From Lophium mytilinum (lineage: Eukaryota): a DNA stretch of 64,000 nucleotides. The stretch covers positions 1,526,323-1,590,322 of the forward strand of contig MU004194.1 of assembly GCA_010093605.1 (NCBI GenBank), read 5' to 3'. The notes below the pieces were generated by a model. That model was not told where the DNA came from and did not search any database. It saw only the letters and a program-made list of their open reading frames with translations. Position numbers and translations under genes: made by a program. Of this stretch, positions 38,319 to 49,619 are shown one piece after another. Numbering within the stretch: position 1 is the first letter of the stretch; the number at the start of each line of letters is the position of its first letter.

Positions 38319-38900
38319 TCACTCCTCTATCGACCTACAGCCTTACACAACTGTCTTCTTCTCTGCCAACACTTGCACTTGTGTAAAGCTTCCTGTATCT
38401 CACTCTTCCATCGACCTTCCAACGTCACACAACTGTTCTACTTCACTGCCAACACCTGCATTTCTGTGAAGCTTTCCAGATCCCACTCTTGCATCGACCT
38501 TCACACGTCACACTTGGATCGTTCTGCTGCGCTGCCGACATCTACGCTTCTGTACAGCTTCGAGATCTCACTCTTCCATCGACCTCCATCGACCTTCCAT
38601 CGACCTTCCATCGTCACAAGACTGTTCTACTCCACTGCCAACGCCTGCACTTCTGTACGGCTTTCGAGATCTCACTCTTCCATCGACCTTCCATCAACTT
38701 TCCATCGACCTTCCATCGACATTCCACCGAAATTCCAACGTCACAAGACCTATATCGCTCCACTGCCAACACCTCCACTCCTGTAGAGCTTTCCAGATCA
38801 CACTCTTCCACCGACCTTCCATCGACCTTCGAACGTCACAAGACTGTTCTGATCCACTGCCAACGCCTGCACTTGCGTAGAGCGTTCTAGATCTCACTCC
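38319..38900 (+). repeat. Minisatellite: six ~80-130 bp units with a nested 11-bp subrepeat
   Basis: Units TCACTCTTCCATCGACC...GTCACA...CTGCCAAC...AGCTT...GATC start at ~38319, 38400, 38482, 38568, 38672 and 38800. TTCCATCGACC is present in 1-5 copies per unit. Confidence 0.9.
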
Positions 38901-38957
38901 AACCCTCTTCCCATACCTTCCACCACTTCACTCTTCCTACCACCGCCTCTTGACGCG

Positions 38958-40890
38958 ATGGCACCCCGCAACAAGACTACGTCCCCACGTCCAAGCCTCG
39001 ATCGCGCTCCTGCCGGTCGACGCTCGAACCGCGGCAGCACGAAAGAGAAGACGGAAGAGGCCACGAAGAAGCAGGCCGAGCGCGAGGCTGTCGCCTTTCC
39101 CGCTACGCCCAGATCTGCGCCGAAGGTGGACACCAGTTCACCAGACGTCAGCGACTTCGGGACGCCCCAGGCTGCATCGACTCCAAAGCACGATGAAAGC
39201 CTCGCCATTGCGCCGCGTATTGAAGCACAGCCGGCTGTGAACCCTTCCGTCGCTCAAATCTCTGCTGCGTCTGCTACTATAGCCCAATCGCCCTCTTCTG
39301 GCCTGGCTGTTGGCACTCGTACTGCAGTTTCGAAGCCAGTCGAAACACTGTTGACTCCGTCAGGCTTGCGTGTCCTAGCGACTCCTTCCCGGCGTCTCAA
39401 GAGCCCTAATGCTCTTCCCGTCGGATGGAACTCTCCCCTCCCTCCAGATGATGCATCTGTATGGGAATCGCCTCGATTCGGTACCAGCGCTGCTCCTCCC
39501 GTCGGATGGANNNNNNNNNNNNNNNGGATGGAACTCTCCCCTCCCTCCAGATGATGCATCTGTATGGGAATCGCCTCGATTCGGTACCAGCGCTGCTCCT
39601 CCCGTCGGATGGAACTCTCCTCTCCCCCCAGATGATGCTTCTGTGTGGGAGTCACCTCGATTCGGTACCAGCGCTGCTCCGCCAGCTGAATCGTCCGAGG
39701 GGCCCCGAAAGCGCCAGAAGACTACGCAAGACCAATCTTCCCAGCGCGCAGTTCACGATTCGTCTGCTCCCTCTCCCGCTCCGCGCATTCCGCCACCCTT
39801 CAAGGTCATCCGTATCACGCAGGGCGGAGCGACTGAAGACATCCACGTCTTCGCTGATGTACTCGCACATTACTCAGCCGTCGTGAGGGACCAGCTCAAG
39901 GCCGACCCCTTCAGCACAATGCCCATAGAGGCCATTGGGTTCGACAAATGCACCATCATGCGGTACATACAGTGCTTTTCCCCAAATCCCCGCATCGACC
40001 TGCCCACATTCGACTGGGTGGAGGTCGACGTCGGCACGCCGGGGTCCGTCGCCGCGCCCGTTATGGGCGAAAAGCGCCCCAATGTGGGCGATGGCAAATG
40101 TGCTCCACGATGCGTAAAGTTCCCACAGCAGACCGCGTACAAGCTCGTGCCCATTGAGTGGGACATGGACTCGCTTTGGGACCTTTACTACCTCGCCTTA
40201 TGGCTCCAAACCCCCTCGGTGTGCGACATGGTCGTCGACAAATGGATCTCTTACGTGAAAGAGCGCGACGCGCACCTGGAGCGCGTGCAGTACCAGTTCC
40301 CGGAATTCGTCCAGAGTGGGCTCGAAACGGCACGTCTTGCTGCCGTGAAGAAGGAAGATAGACCAACCTTCCACGACGTGTGGGAGACTGATGTTGCTTA
40401 CATCAACCGGCTGTGGCAGCCTGAGGCACCTGAGCCCAACGCTCCGGCCTCGGCGCCTATGGAAGTGAACGGCGCGCGGCGCTTTTGGGTCCAATTGTTC
40501 CTTTCAGACCCCGAGGAGGCCCAGAAGTACTTCGAGAAGTACAACATGTGCGACTTCGCCCCAGGCTTCCTGCAAGAGTTCGTCCCGTACGCGTTTGAGG
40601 CCCCTAATCGTGATCCCGGTTGGGAAAACCCGAAGAACTTGGACGTCAAGGGGTACGACGCGTTCCATTGCGCGGAGTACCATGACCACACAGACCGCTT
40701 CTACTGCGGCGAAGAGGGCAGTTCGATGATGCAGTTCTGTTACGAACAGCAGTGGGAGGACTGGTTCCAGATGATCACCCCGGAGCAGCGACTCGCAGCG
40801 ACGCCGCGCCTTGCTCTAAGGGGTACGAGCAAGGCGCGGCGTGCGCACAAGTTCGCTGTGCGTCGTAGGGCGAGGGCAATGAGTGCCTAG
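38958..40890 (+). CDS. Hypothetical protein: disordered N-terminus, 27-aa tandem repeats, divergent BTB-like domain
   Basis: ATG at 38958 (MAPRNKTT). 81-bp repeat PVGWNSPLPPDDASVWESPRFGTSAAP at least x3 across an N-gap (39511-39525), then a long open frame to TAG at 40890. Confidence 0.75.
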
Positions 40891-41296
40891 GCGGAGGGGG
40901 CGTGTGCGTGGAGATGGGGGGTGAGCGTGGCGGCGGGCGTGGTGATAATTCTCTTTCTTTTCCTTTTGTTGCTATAACGGCCCTTGTATGTCTTGTTTGC
41001 TTTTGTCCTGATTCTGGTAATAGCAGGCCTATGTGTCTGCAAATGGTGTGGATAGTAATGACGCCTAGGCCCTAGGTTCTGTAGAATGTTTTTACATTGC
41101 GTGGCACGACGGGTAGCGATTGTGTTGATAATAAGAGAATGAGAAGCGAATACCTTAACTTATGTTAATACTTGTGACGGTTATGTTAATAATAAGAGAA
41201 TCAGAAGCGAATACCTAGGAACTCATGTTAGATATTGTAACCAATGTGATGAAATAAGAGTCACTTCACGTACCGCGTACAAGGCCCCTTCTTTTT

Positions 41297-44200
41297 ACAG
41301 TACTACGTCATAAGTCTAGGTACCCTGATATCCTACCGCCTCACTTTTACTCTTGCACGTGCCACACCGCTGTAAGGGGTGGCCCAGCTAGTAGATAGGT
41401 AGTCAGCCAAAAGGTAGTCTAATTTCCACTGCTTTGACTTTTACATCGTGGCCGCTTAACTTTTCTATCGCAACTCTAGATCCGGGTCTACAGGGCAGCA
41501 ATTCTGCCAGCGTGACACCACTACTAGGAGTAGCCTAGCTAGTGAAAAGTTTCGCGGTCGAATGTCACGGTTCCTAGTGTTCAAATCTGATGTCACTTTT
41601 CCAGGGCATTCTGGCCGCTTGATACCGCTGTCAGGAGTAGCCTAGCCAGTACAAATTCCCACGGTTGGGTGTTCTGTTTCCTATTCTTCAGATCTAGCAT
41701 CACTTTTCCGGGGCTTTTTGCCCGCTCAATACCACTGTCTAGAGTACCCTCGCTAGGGGAAATTCTCGTGGTTGAATGATACGTTTCCTGCTCTTCAGAT
41801 CTAATATTACTTTTCCAGGGCATCTTGCCCGCTTGATACTACTGTCAGGAGTAGCCTAGCCGGTGGAAATTCTCGTGGCTGAATGTTCCGTTTCTTAGTC
41901 TTCAAATCTGCGATCATCTTTCCAGGGCGTTTTGATCGAGGCTCAGTGGCGTTTGGAGCCCTCTCGCAGCCTCAAAAGTAGCCCAACGGATGTCATAATC
42001 TCCCCTCTTCAAGTCTGACATCGCTTTTCCCGGGCATTTTGGACCAGTCTTGCCAGTGTTTGAAGCGCTCAAGCTGGTCAAAATCCTCGTAATTAAATGT
42101 TGTATTTCCTACTTCTTAGATATGACATCCCTTTTCTAGGACGTTTGAACTGCTTATCACCGGCGTTTGAAGTCCGCCAGCTTGTTGAGATTTCGTGACT
42201 GGAATGTCAAATGCCCTAGTGTCCAAGTCTGAAAGCCTGTTTTCGCAGCGTTTTGATCGCTTCTTGACGGCGTTTGAGGCCCGCCAGCTTACTGAAAATT
42301 TCGCGATTGAATGTTAGCTTTCCTGGCCTTCAAGTCTGATATCCCTTTTTTACGGTGTTTCGCCCGCTTCTTAGCGGCGTTTGAGGTCCGCCAGCTTATT
42401 GGGAATTTCGAGATCGAAATGTTAGATTTCCTTGTTTTCAAATCTGATATCCCTTCTCTGCGGTCTCTTGATCGCTTCTTGGCGGCGTTTGAGGTTCGCC
42501 AGCCAGTCGACATTCTAGCGGTCCAATGCTATATTCTCTACTCTTTAAATTTGACCTGGCAAATCGAGCCGGTTTGACCACCTTTTGACCGCCTTTTGAC
42601 GGCGTTTGGAGTCCTCTAGTAGCGCTAGTTTTCTTAGGATTAAATGTCATTTCTCCGGCTGTTCAGATCAAAGCTGGCAGTCCCGCGCCAGTTTGGTCGC
42701 TTTTCGCCGGCGTTTGAGGTCCTCTAGCTAGTGCATGTGCAGTTAGTCAAAAGGTAGCCTGATATCCAGTGCTTTGGATTTCTCATTGCGACCACGGACT
42801 GAAGTCTACGAGACTCCGATTTTGCCAGCTCAACACCACCGTGCGGAGTGGCCCAGCCAGCAGGTATGCAGTCAATCAAAAGGTAGAGTGATTCCTACTG
42901 CTTCGACCTTTATATGGCGACCACGAATCCAGGTTTTCAGGGCTGCAATGTTGCTCACTCGACGCCACTGTGAGNNNNNNNNNNNNNNNNNNNNNNNNNN
43001 NNNNNNNNNNNNNNNNNNNNNNNNNNNNNNNNNNNNNNNNNNNNNNNNNNNNNNNNNNNNNNNNNNNNNGGCTGCAATGTTGCTCACTCGACGCCACTGT
43101 GAGAGGTGGCCCGGCTGGCTGGTATGCACCTTTCCAAAAGGCAGTCTGGTAACCACCGCTTCGACCTTTATATGGCAGCCACGAATCTAGGCCTGCGGGG
43201 TTGCAGCCTTGCTCACTTCACGCCACCGTCAGGGGTGCCCTAGCTAGTAGGTAGCAACTCAGCCAAAAGGTAGTCCATTTCCACTGCTCGGACACTTACA
43301 TGGCGACCGCAGATCTAGGTATGCAGGACTGCGGTGTTGCTCGCTCGACGCCGCTGTATGGGGTACCCCAGTTAGCAGGTAGCAACTTTGTCAGAAGGTA
43401 CTCCAATGCCTCGAACGTTGGCCTTCGTATCGTGCACACAGATCTTACACGCTCAACACCACTGTAAGGGGTGCCCTAGCTAGCAGGTAGCAACGGTATC
43501 AAACGGTACTCCAATTCCTCGTACGTTCACTTTTGTGTCGGGCAGATAGATCTTGCGGGCTCAACGTCGCTGTAGGGGGTGCCCAGCCAGTGTGGAGCTA
43601 ATTAGTTAAGGAGCAGCCTGGTTTCAAGCACCTTAGTCTTTACATCGTCTTACTAATATCCTACTGCGTGGCTTCTATTCCTGCCGGCTGACGCCACCGT
43701 GAGGAGGAGCTTGGCTGGCTGCTGACCGGTTAGTCAAGATGTAGCCTGATTCAGAACGCTTCAACCTTGATATAAGAGCTTTTAGTTTGGGTACTAAGAA
43801 CCAAGCGTTTTCACAGACTGGCCCGGTGTTAAGTCATACTTCAACGACGCACCAATTCGCGTCGCCCTCGACCGCGGTTGTAGCTCGCTCAATACCGCTG
43901 TAAGGGGTGCCCCCGTCAGCACGTGATAGCGGCGTCAAAAGGTAGTCTGATCTTTACTGCGGTGGCCTTCAAACCGTATCTGGAGTGTGAAAGTATCTGG
44001 GCCAACGTAACTCACCGCTTCCGCTTGAATTATGCCGCTCGACACCAATGTAAGGAGCACCCTAGCTAGAAGGAAGCCCGCTGACCAAGAGGTAACTCAA
44101 TGTACATTGCGTTAATCTTCAAATCTACTAAGGATGTGAAGGCCACAAGCTCATAGACTAGATCCACTATAGCAGCGCTAGTGCTTCATCGTTGCTCGTC

Positions 44201-45880
44201 CATTACCACTGTCAGGAGTAGCTCCGCCTGCAAGTGTTAGCTAGGTAAAGAGGCAGTCTGATATTTCCTACATCATCCTTCACATCGGGCAACGCCACGC
44301 TCAAAACCCCGACGATGACCCGAGTCAAGCGTCTTCGCAGACTGGCCCGGCGAGGCCATATCTCATCAATTCACCCTTCAATGCCGCGCTCGATATCGCA
44401 AATGTGGCTGACTGAACACCGCTGTCAGGGATGGCCCCGTCAGCACGCAATAGGTAGGTAAAAAGGCAATTTGATATCGCCTAAATTGTCTTTCATAGCG
44501 GGTATGCGATACACAACTGCTGTAGCTTCAGTGTTGCTCGTTGAATACCACTGTAAGGGGTATTCCCATTACTAGGTACCAACTGCACCAAAAGGTAGTC
44601 TGAAATCCGTTTCGTTGGCCTGTCACAAATTATGTTTCAGCAAATTAGCCGTCAATCAGATTGAGCATTGGACGATTTACTAACCAACCTGGCGCTCAAA
44701 ACCGCGACAAAGGCACGAATTCAGCCTCTTCCTAGATTGGCTCGGGACGATGCCATCTTTCTATGAGTCCACCGCTCGACGCCGCGCTCCACACCGCGAC
44801 TGGGACCTAGGCATTAGCCTATCGATAGCAGCAAAGCAACAGTAGCACTTTATTCAAGGTCCATCGTTCCATCATGACTACGTGAGTCTACCGTGTGAAG
44901 CAGCCCAGCTAGGCGATATTCAGTAAGCCGGAAGGTAGTCAAATTTCAATTGCGCCGACCTACGTATCTCCATAGAACGTGAATATCTAAAGTCTGGGCA
45001 CTGACCCAGCTATCCCACAACACGCCTTTAATCTTGCGCGCTCGAAGCCGGTATTCGGTCCGTCAAAAGGTAGCCTAGTTTCCACTGCATTAGCCTTAAC
45101 AATCTTTCCAAACGCAAGCATCTAAAGCTTGGGCATTTGCTTGGGAGAACTCAATGCAAGGCTTTCATTTTTGCGCGCTCGAGACCGCTGTGAAGGTTGG
45201 CCTAAGTAGTAGGTTCGAAGTTATTTAAGAGGTAGCCTGGTTCCTGCTACACCGACCTTGACATCCTTAGAAGCGTAAACTTTTGAAGCTTGGGCACTTA
45301 CTTGGATATACTAATGCGCAGCTTTCCCTCTTGGTCACCTGATACCATTGTGAGAGTGGTCCCAGCTAGCCCGTATTGTGCCTGTCACAGAATACCCTAA
45401 TACACAGTGCCTCAACCTTCACTCTGTATTTATACTACGCCCTGGAGTCAGAAGTTCGGGCGCACGGATGTTACACTGCTCGGCTCTCGCTCTTGCACGG
45501 TCGATACCAGTGGAGAGGGTCCTCTAGGTAGCAGGCACCGAGTCAGCCAAAAAGCAGCCCGATCTCAACGGCATCGACTCTTATATTATGTTCTTATCAC
45601 GGTCCTGGACATTAAGTTCGGGCACGAGTATCTAGCTTCACGGTTTCCATTATTGCTCGTTGAGACCAGTGTAAGAGGTGTCCTAGGTAGCAGGTATTCA
45701 GTCAGTCAAGAAGTACCTTGGTTTCAACCGCATCGAACCTCATATTATGTGTTTATCACCGTCCTAGGTCATTCGGTTCGGCACACGGGTATCTCGCTTC
45801 ACGGCTTTCAGTTCTGCACTCTCGACACCACTGTGAGGAATGACCCAGCTAGCAGGTGTGCAATTTGCCAAAGAGAAGAC
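41297..45880 (+). repeat. ~4.5-kb degenerate non-coding tandem array, roughly 35 units in three sub-blocks
   Basis: Recurring core (C/T)ACC(G/A)CTGT(A/C)AGG(G/A)GT..CC(C/T)AGCTAG...CAAAAGGTAG(T/C)C. A middle block is built on GGCGTTTGAGG.CCGCCAGC...TTCAA(A/G)TCTGA with ~107-bp period. One N-gap at 42975-43068. Confidence 0.9.
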
Positions 45881-46369
45881 TCATGAGAATAGGCTACTTA
45901 TTGGCCCGTGATCGCATTGAGAAATGTGTGAGATTGAGTAATAAAGAAAATAGAAAACTTTTCGGGGAGCCTGGGATGAGTTTGTGGGAGTTGGAACGCT
46001 AGAAGAATGATGAAAGAGAGCCGGAAGCCTGGGTCTAAGTTACAAAGGAGGCAAGAAGGATATGTGGTGAGCTCAATGAAGAAAGGGCAAGTCGCACATG
46101 TGTGGTGACTGGAACGAGGTTGTCTAGTGCAATAGTGGGACAGCAAGATCGTTCGGTCCGAGCCAGAGAATAGGGGACGCGGGGAAGGAAGTTGAGAAGA
46201 TTTGAGTTGACGAGCGGGATACGAGAAGCTTCAAGACCCTGACCCTCCAAGATGCTTGGGCTGGACTAAGGGCGATTTTGCGAAACTACTTTTGTAAAAA
46301 TTGGCCTTATGTGATGTTAGTAGTGCTAAAGTGTTGGACGGTTAATGGATGCTGCTCTTTGCGCTGCTC

Positions 46370-47242
46370 TTACCTGGCTTTTGCAACGACCACCTTTCTT
46401 GGCGGAATAGGTGCTTTTGCGAGCGGGAGTGGGGGGCGGCCAAAAACTCCTCCAGTCCCGCTTTTGCGGCATTTGGCGAGCTCACTCCCAAGGTCCAGGG
46501 CAAACTCATTGTTCCACTCGATGTACGCGAGATCATTCTTAGCTATTCCATCCCTGGGAAGAGCGATATATCTCGCGACTTCGGCATCTGTCCACTTTGT
46601 CATGGCAGCGTCGAGAGCATGTTTCCTAGCGGAACTCCCAGCGCTTGTGTTTGAGTATACGTGATGTGGCACTGCAAGAATAGCGTCGGAGTCGGTGACC
46701 TCTTCGACCTTTTCCATTATAGCGCTGGAGACAATATCTTTGAAGACATTGTCTTCCATGCTACTAGCAACATGGTAGCATGCGCATAGCCTCTTCCATT
46801 CCTCGCATGGCAATTCGGAGCCAGGCTCGAGAAGTGTGCATAGTTGTTTTGAGTGGACCCAGTGAAGATAGATCCGGAAGCTCTCTGCTTCCAAGTCCCC
46901 CTTATAGACGTTGAGGCATGCAGGATTCTTCACACGCTCCTGGCGGTACCAAGCAGAACTTTTCTCGAGCAAGACATCGCACACTTTGAATAAGTGTGTG
47001 GCTTCAGCGACTCCAACGACAATTGCGAGACATCCTATCGGGCTAGATATCGTCAATGAGAAGCTCAAGGCAATAGTAAGAGGAGTCTCTGAAACCTACA
47101 TTGAGAGGTCATTGAACGAACCTGGCGGCTCTTCGCGTATCTTTTTCTTGCCCCTTCTCCGCTTTTTGACCGTTGGTCCATCGTCAGGCGGATGGACGGA
47201 GGTCGTGAGTGTACTTTCAAGAGGTACCTCTTGGAGATCCAT
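46370..47242 (-). CDS. BTB/POZ-domain protein with N-terminal basic NLS-like motif
   Basis: Exon 1 MDLQEV...KKRRRGKKK. Intron 47043-47099 restores the frame into IVVG...FKVCDVLLEKSSAWY...ESFRIYLHWVHS...LCACYHVASSMEDNVFKD, the usual fungal BTB pattern. Confidence 0.75.
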
Positions 47243-47951
47243 AGTTGCGTGTGCGATCGGCTAGTGGCTGAATGAAAGCGCAACCGAAGCTCGCGATTAC
47301 GTGGAACTGATCGATGGTGGATGGAGACTTAGAGACCGTTGCTGCGGGTGGGGGAAGGAGTCATCTGGTAAATCGAAGTTCTGAAATTGGTGCTTGATCT
47401 GAGTTACTAGATAAGTGAAGAGGAGTGCATGACCCGGATGTAATTGGTCTTCGAACAACAGACAATGAAGTAGAAGGTAAAAGATGGAGGGGAAAATGTG
47501 CAGGATCGTTTAGGTAAACGAAGGGTGAGTTGGTCGTGGGACTGAACGGGGCTGAAGGCAAGCTGAACTTGTGAGAAAGTGAGAGCCCTGTATGATGTGG
47601 CTGTAAGAAGTCAGGAGCATGAAACACAGGAGACATTCTCATTCTTCTGATCTTGACCGAAAGGGAACATATTCCGTGAAAGGAAGGGAACGGGCAGCTG
47701 ACTACATAGTAAAATGCATACTACTGTCTCTTACCAGCAACCATCGTGAGTTGATTTATAGATCTAAATCGTGCCCATCATGTAGACTAAATATTTGGGT
47801 TTACAAGGCACTCACACTCGATCAAAAAGATGATCTGTCAATCATGAAATCGCTACCAATGCATTCATGCCAGAGTAGGAACAGGGGTTTCCCCGATACC
47901 AGCCTAAAACTCCGAGTACCGCGCCCAAAAGAAGACTACCTCCACGGCCAC

Positions 47952-48748
47952 CTAGAATTGATCTAGCCCAGAGTCAGCGAAGAGAAGACTAATAAAAGAC
48001 TATATCTACACCAACTCACCTAGCGTCATACTCATGGACACATCGGTATTCTCCACCATCTTCATGAACTCCTCAAAGCTGATCTTGCCGTCGCCGTCGA
48101 GATCTGCCTCCATGATGGTCTTGTCCACAATCTGCACCGCTTGTCAGCTTTTAGGTGCCTGGAGGTTTCCCCCGACCGCTTCTGTGCGCTGATCACATAC
48201 CTGCTGTAATTGCTGATCCTTCAAATTGCTTCCCACCATCATCTTCAGCACAATGAACAGCTCCCCATTGCTTATGAAACCATCTCGATCGATATCGTAC
48301 ACCTTGAACGCAAATCTCAGCTTCTCCTCCTTGTTTCCCTTGGCGCTGAATGCGCTCAGGCCGGACACGAACTCCTGGAAGTCGACGTCTCCGCCGCCGT
48401 CCTCGTCGAAGATGGCGATCATGCGGGTAGCGAGCGGGTTGGAGGAGACTTGTGGAAGGGCGAGGAACTCATCGCGCTCGATAGTACCAGAGTTGTCCTA
48501 GTAATAGCAAAAGTATTAGCCCACAATCCTCCAAATCAAACGGATCTGATCTAGAGATCTCGGCGTACCTTGTCCAGCTTCATAAACCGCTTGCGCAGCC
48601 TGTCCACCTCATCGCGATCAACTATAATTCCGTCAGCCTGACCTCACCTCCAGGCACACGAGCGGGCTTAAAACCACCGCAAGACAGGCGACGTACAATT
48701 GGACCCCGAGGCGATATTGTCCAGTATGGCGGAGTTAGCGTTCCCCAT
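47952..48748 (-). CDS. cnb1: Calcineurin regulatory subunit B
   Basis: MGN myristoylation start. EF-hands [39 protein letters not shown] and [13 protein letters not shown]. Ends SMTLDQF*. Four introns. Confidence 0.97.
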
Positions 48749-48944
48749 CGCGAATAGTAGTCCCTTGCGGTGCGGTATGCGGTGGTGGATGAGGGAGGAG
48801 GGGTCGTCGTGGTCTATCCCACATGCCCTAGCGCGCGATCTTGCCGAAACGTTAATCCGAGCCGAGATCGATCTCAAAGTGAAAGGCAGCTCCATCCGAG
48901 GTACATCATCGCCTCCAATAACGAATTGACGCTGTATACGCAGG

Positions 48945-49619
48945 ATGGCATCTAACGTCCCCATGGAGATCGCCTCCGCGATCCAGTCTGCGTCCATAAA
49001 CCGCCACCCGGACCCCGCGCACGACATCAACCCATCCACCGCCGCGAGCCAGAAACAGCCCGTGACCATATCCTCCTCGCCCGCTGAATCCGACGTCGCT
49101 GAGGATGAGATTCCTGTGTCGATACTCAATCCCGTGCCGAGGCGGGCGGCCATGCCTCCGTTGCCGGATATGCGCTTCGAGCAGAGCTATCTGAAGCGAA
49201 TTGAGAAGGCGGAGAGCTGGCAGGGCGTGCTCTGGATAACGTTTAGGGATGAGGTATGCGCCGCATGACATATTTAAAGGGTAGAGAACGAGGAAGCTCA
49301 TGCGCATTTACAGGTTGTGTTTGCTCTAGCACAAGGCATGTTGTGGACCCTCGCGTTGTCCGGATGGAAGCACTGGAATCGTACGGCGAAGTTGAGTGGC
49401 AGCAGCATGGGAACGCGCCTTCGGAGGTGGTGGTGGGGTGTTAACAATTGGGAACTGCCGAAGGAGAGAGGGCTGAATGATACGAAGCTTGCTGCGGAGG
49501 TGAAGGAGGTGAGTAGGAGCTTCACAAAGGTTTGAGGCGAATGTTCTTTGGTCATGAATGAGGTCTAATATGCGTCATAGTACTACCAAGGAGAGTTCGC
49601 TAGTGCAGGTCAGGATTGA
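48945..49619 (+). CDS. Conserved fungal protein, DUF1770-like
   Basis: MPPLPDMRFEQSYL, AQGMLWTLALSGWKHWNR and LRRWWWGVNNW. Two introns; TGA at 49617-49619. Confidence 0.8.

Noticed and set aside
38373..38897. ORFs over the minisatellite, and similarly those within 41.6-45.9 kb
   Set aside because: Unit lengths are not consistently multiples of three and frames break between units; by-products of the repeats.
27853..39525. Apparent frameshifts at 27853-27942 and 39511-39525
   Set aside because: They coincide with N-gaps of estimated length inside tandem repeats, so they are not evidence of pseudogenisation.
41297..45880. True CRISPR array
   Set aside because: Eukaryotic context, no cas genes, repeats long and degenerate, spacers related to each other and irregular in length.
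21900..47300. Starship or other giant mobile element
   Set aside because: No tyrosine-recombinase captain, transposase or recognisable element boundary was seen in the window.
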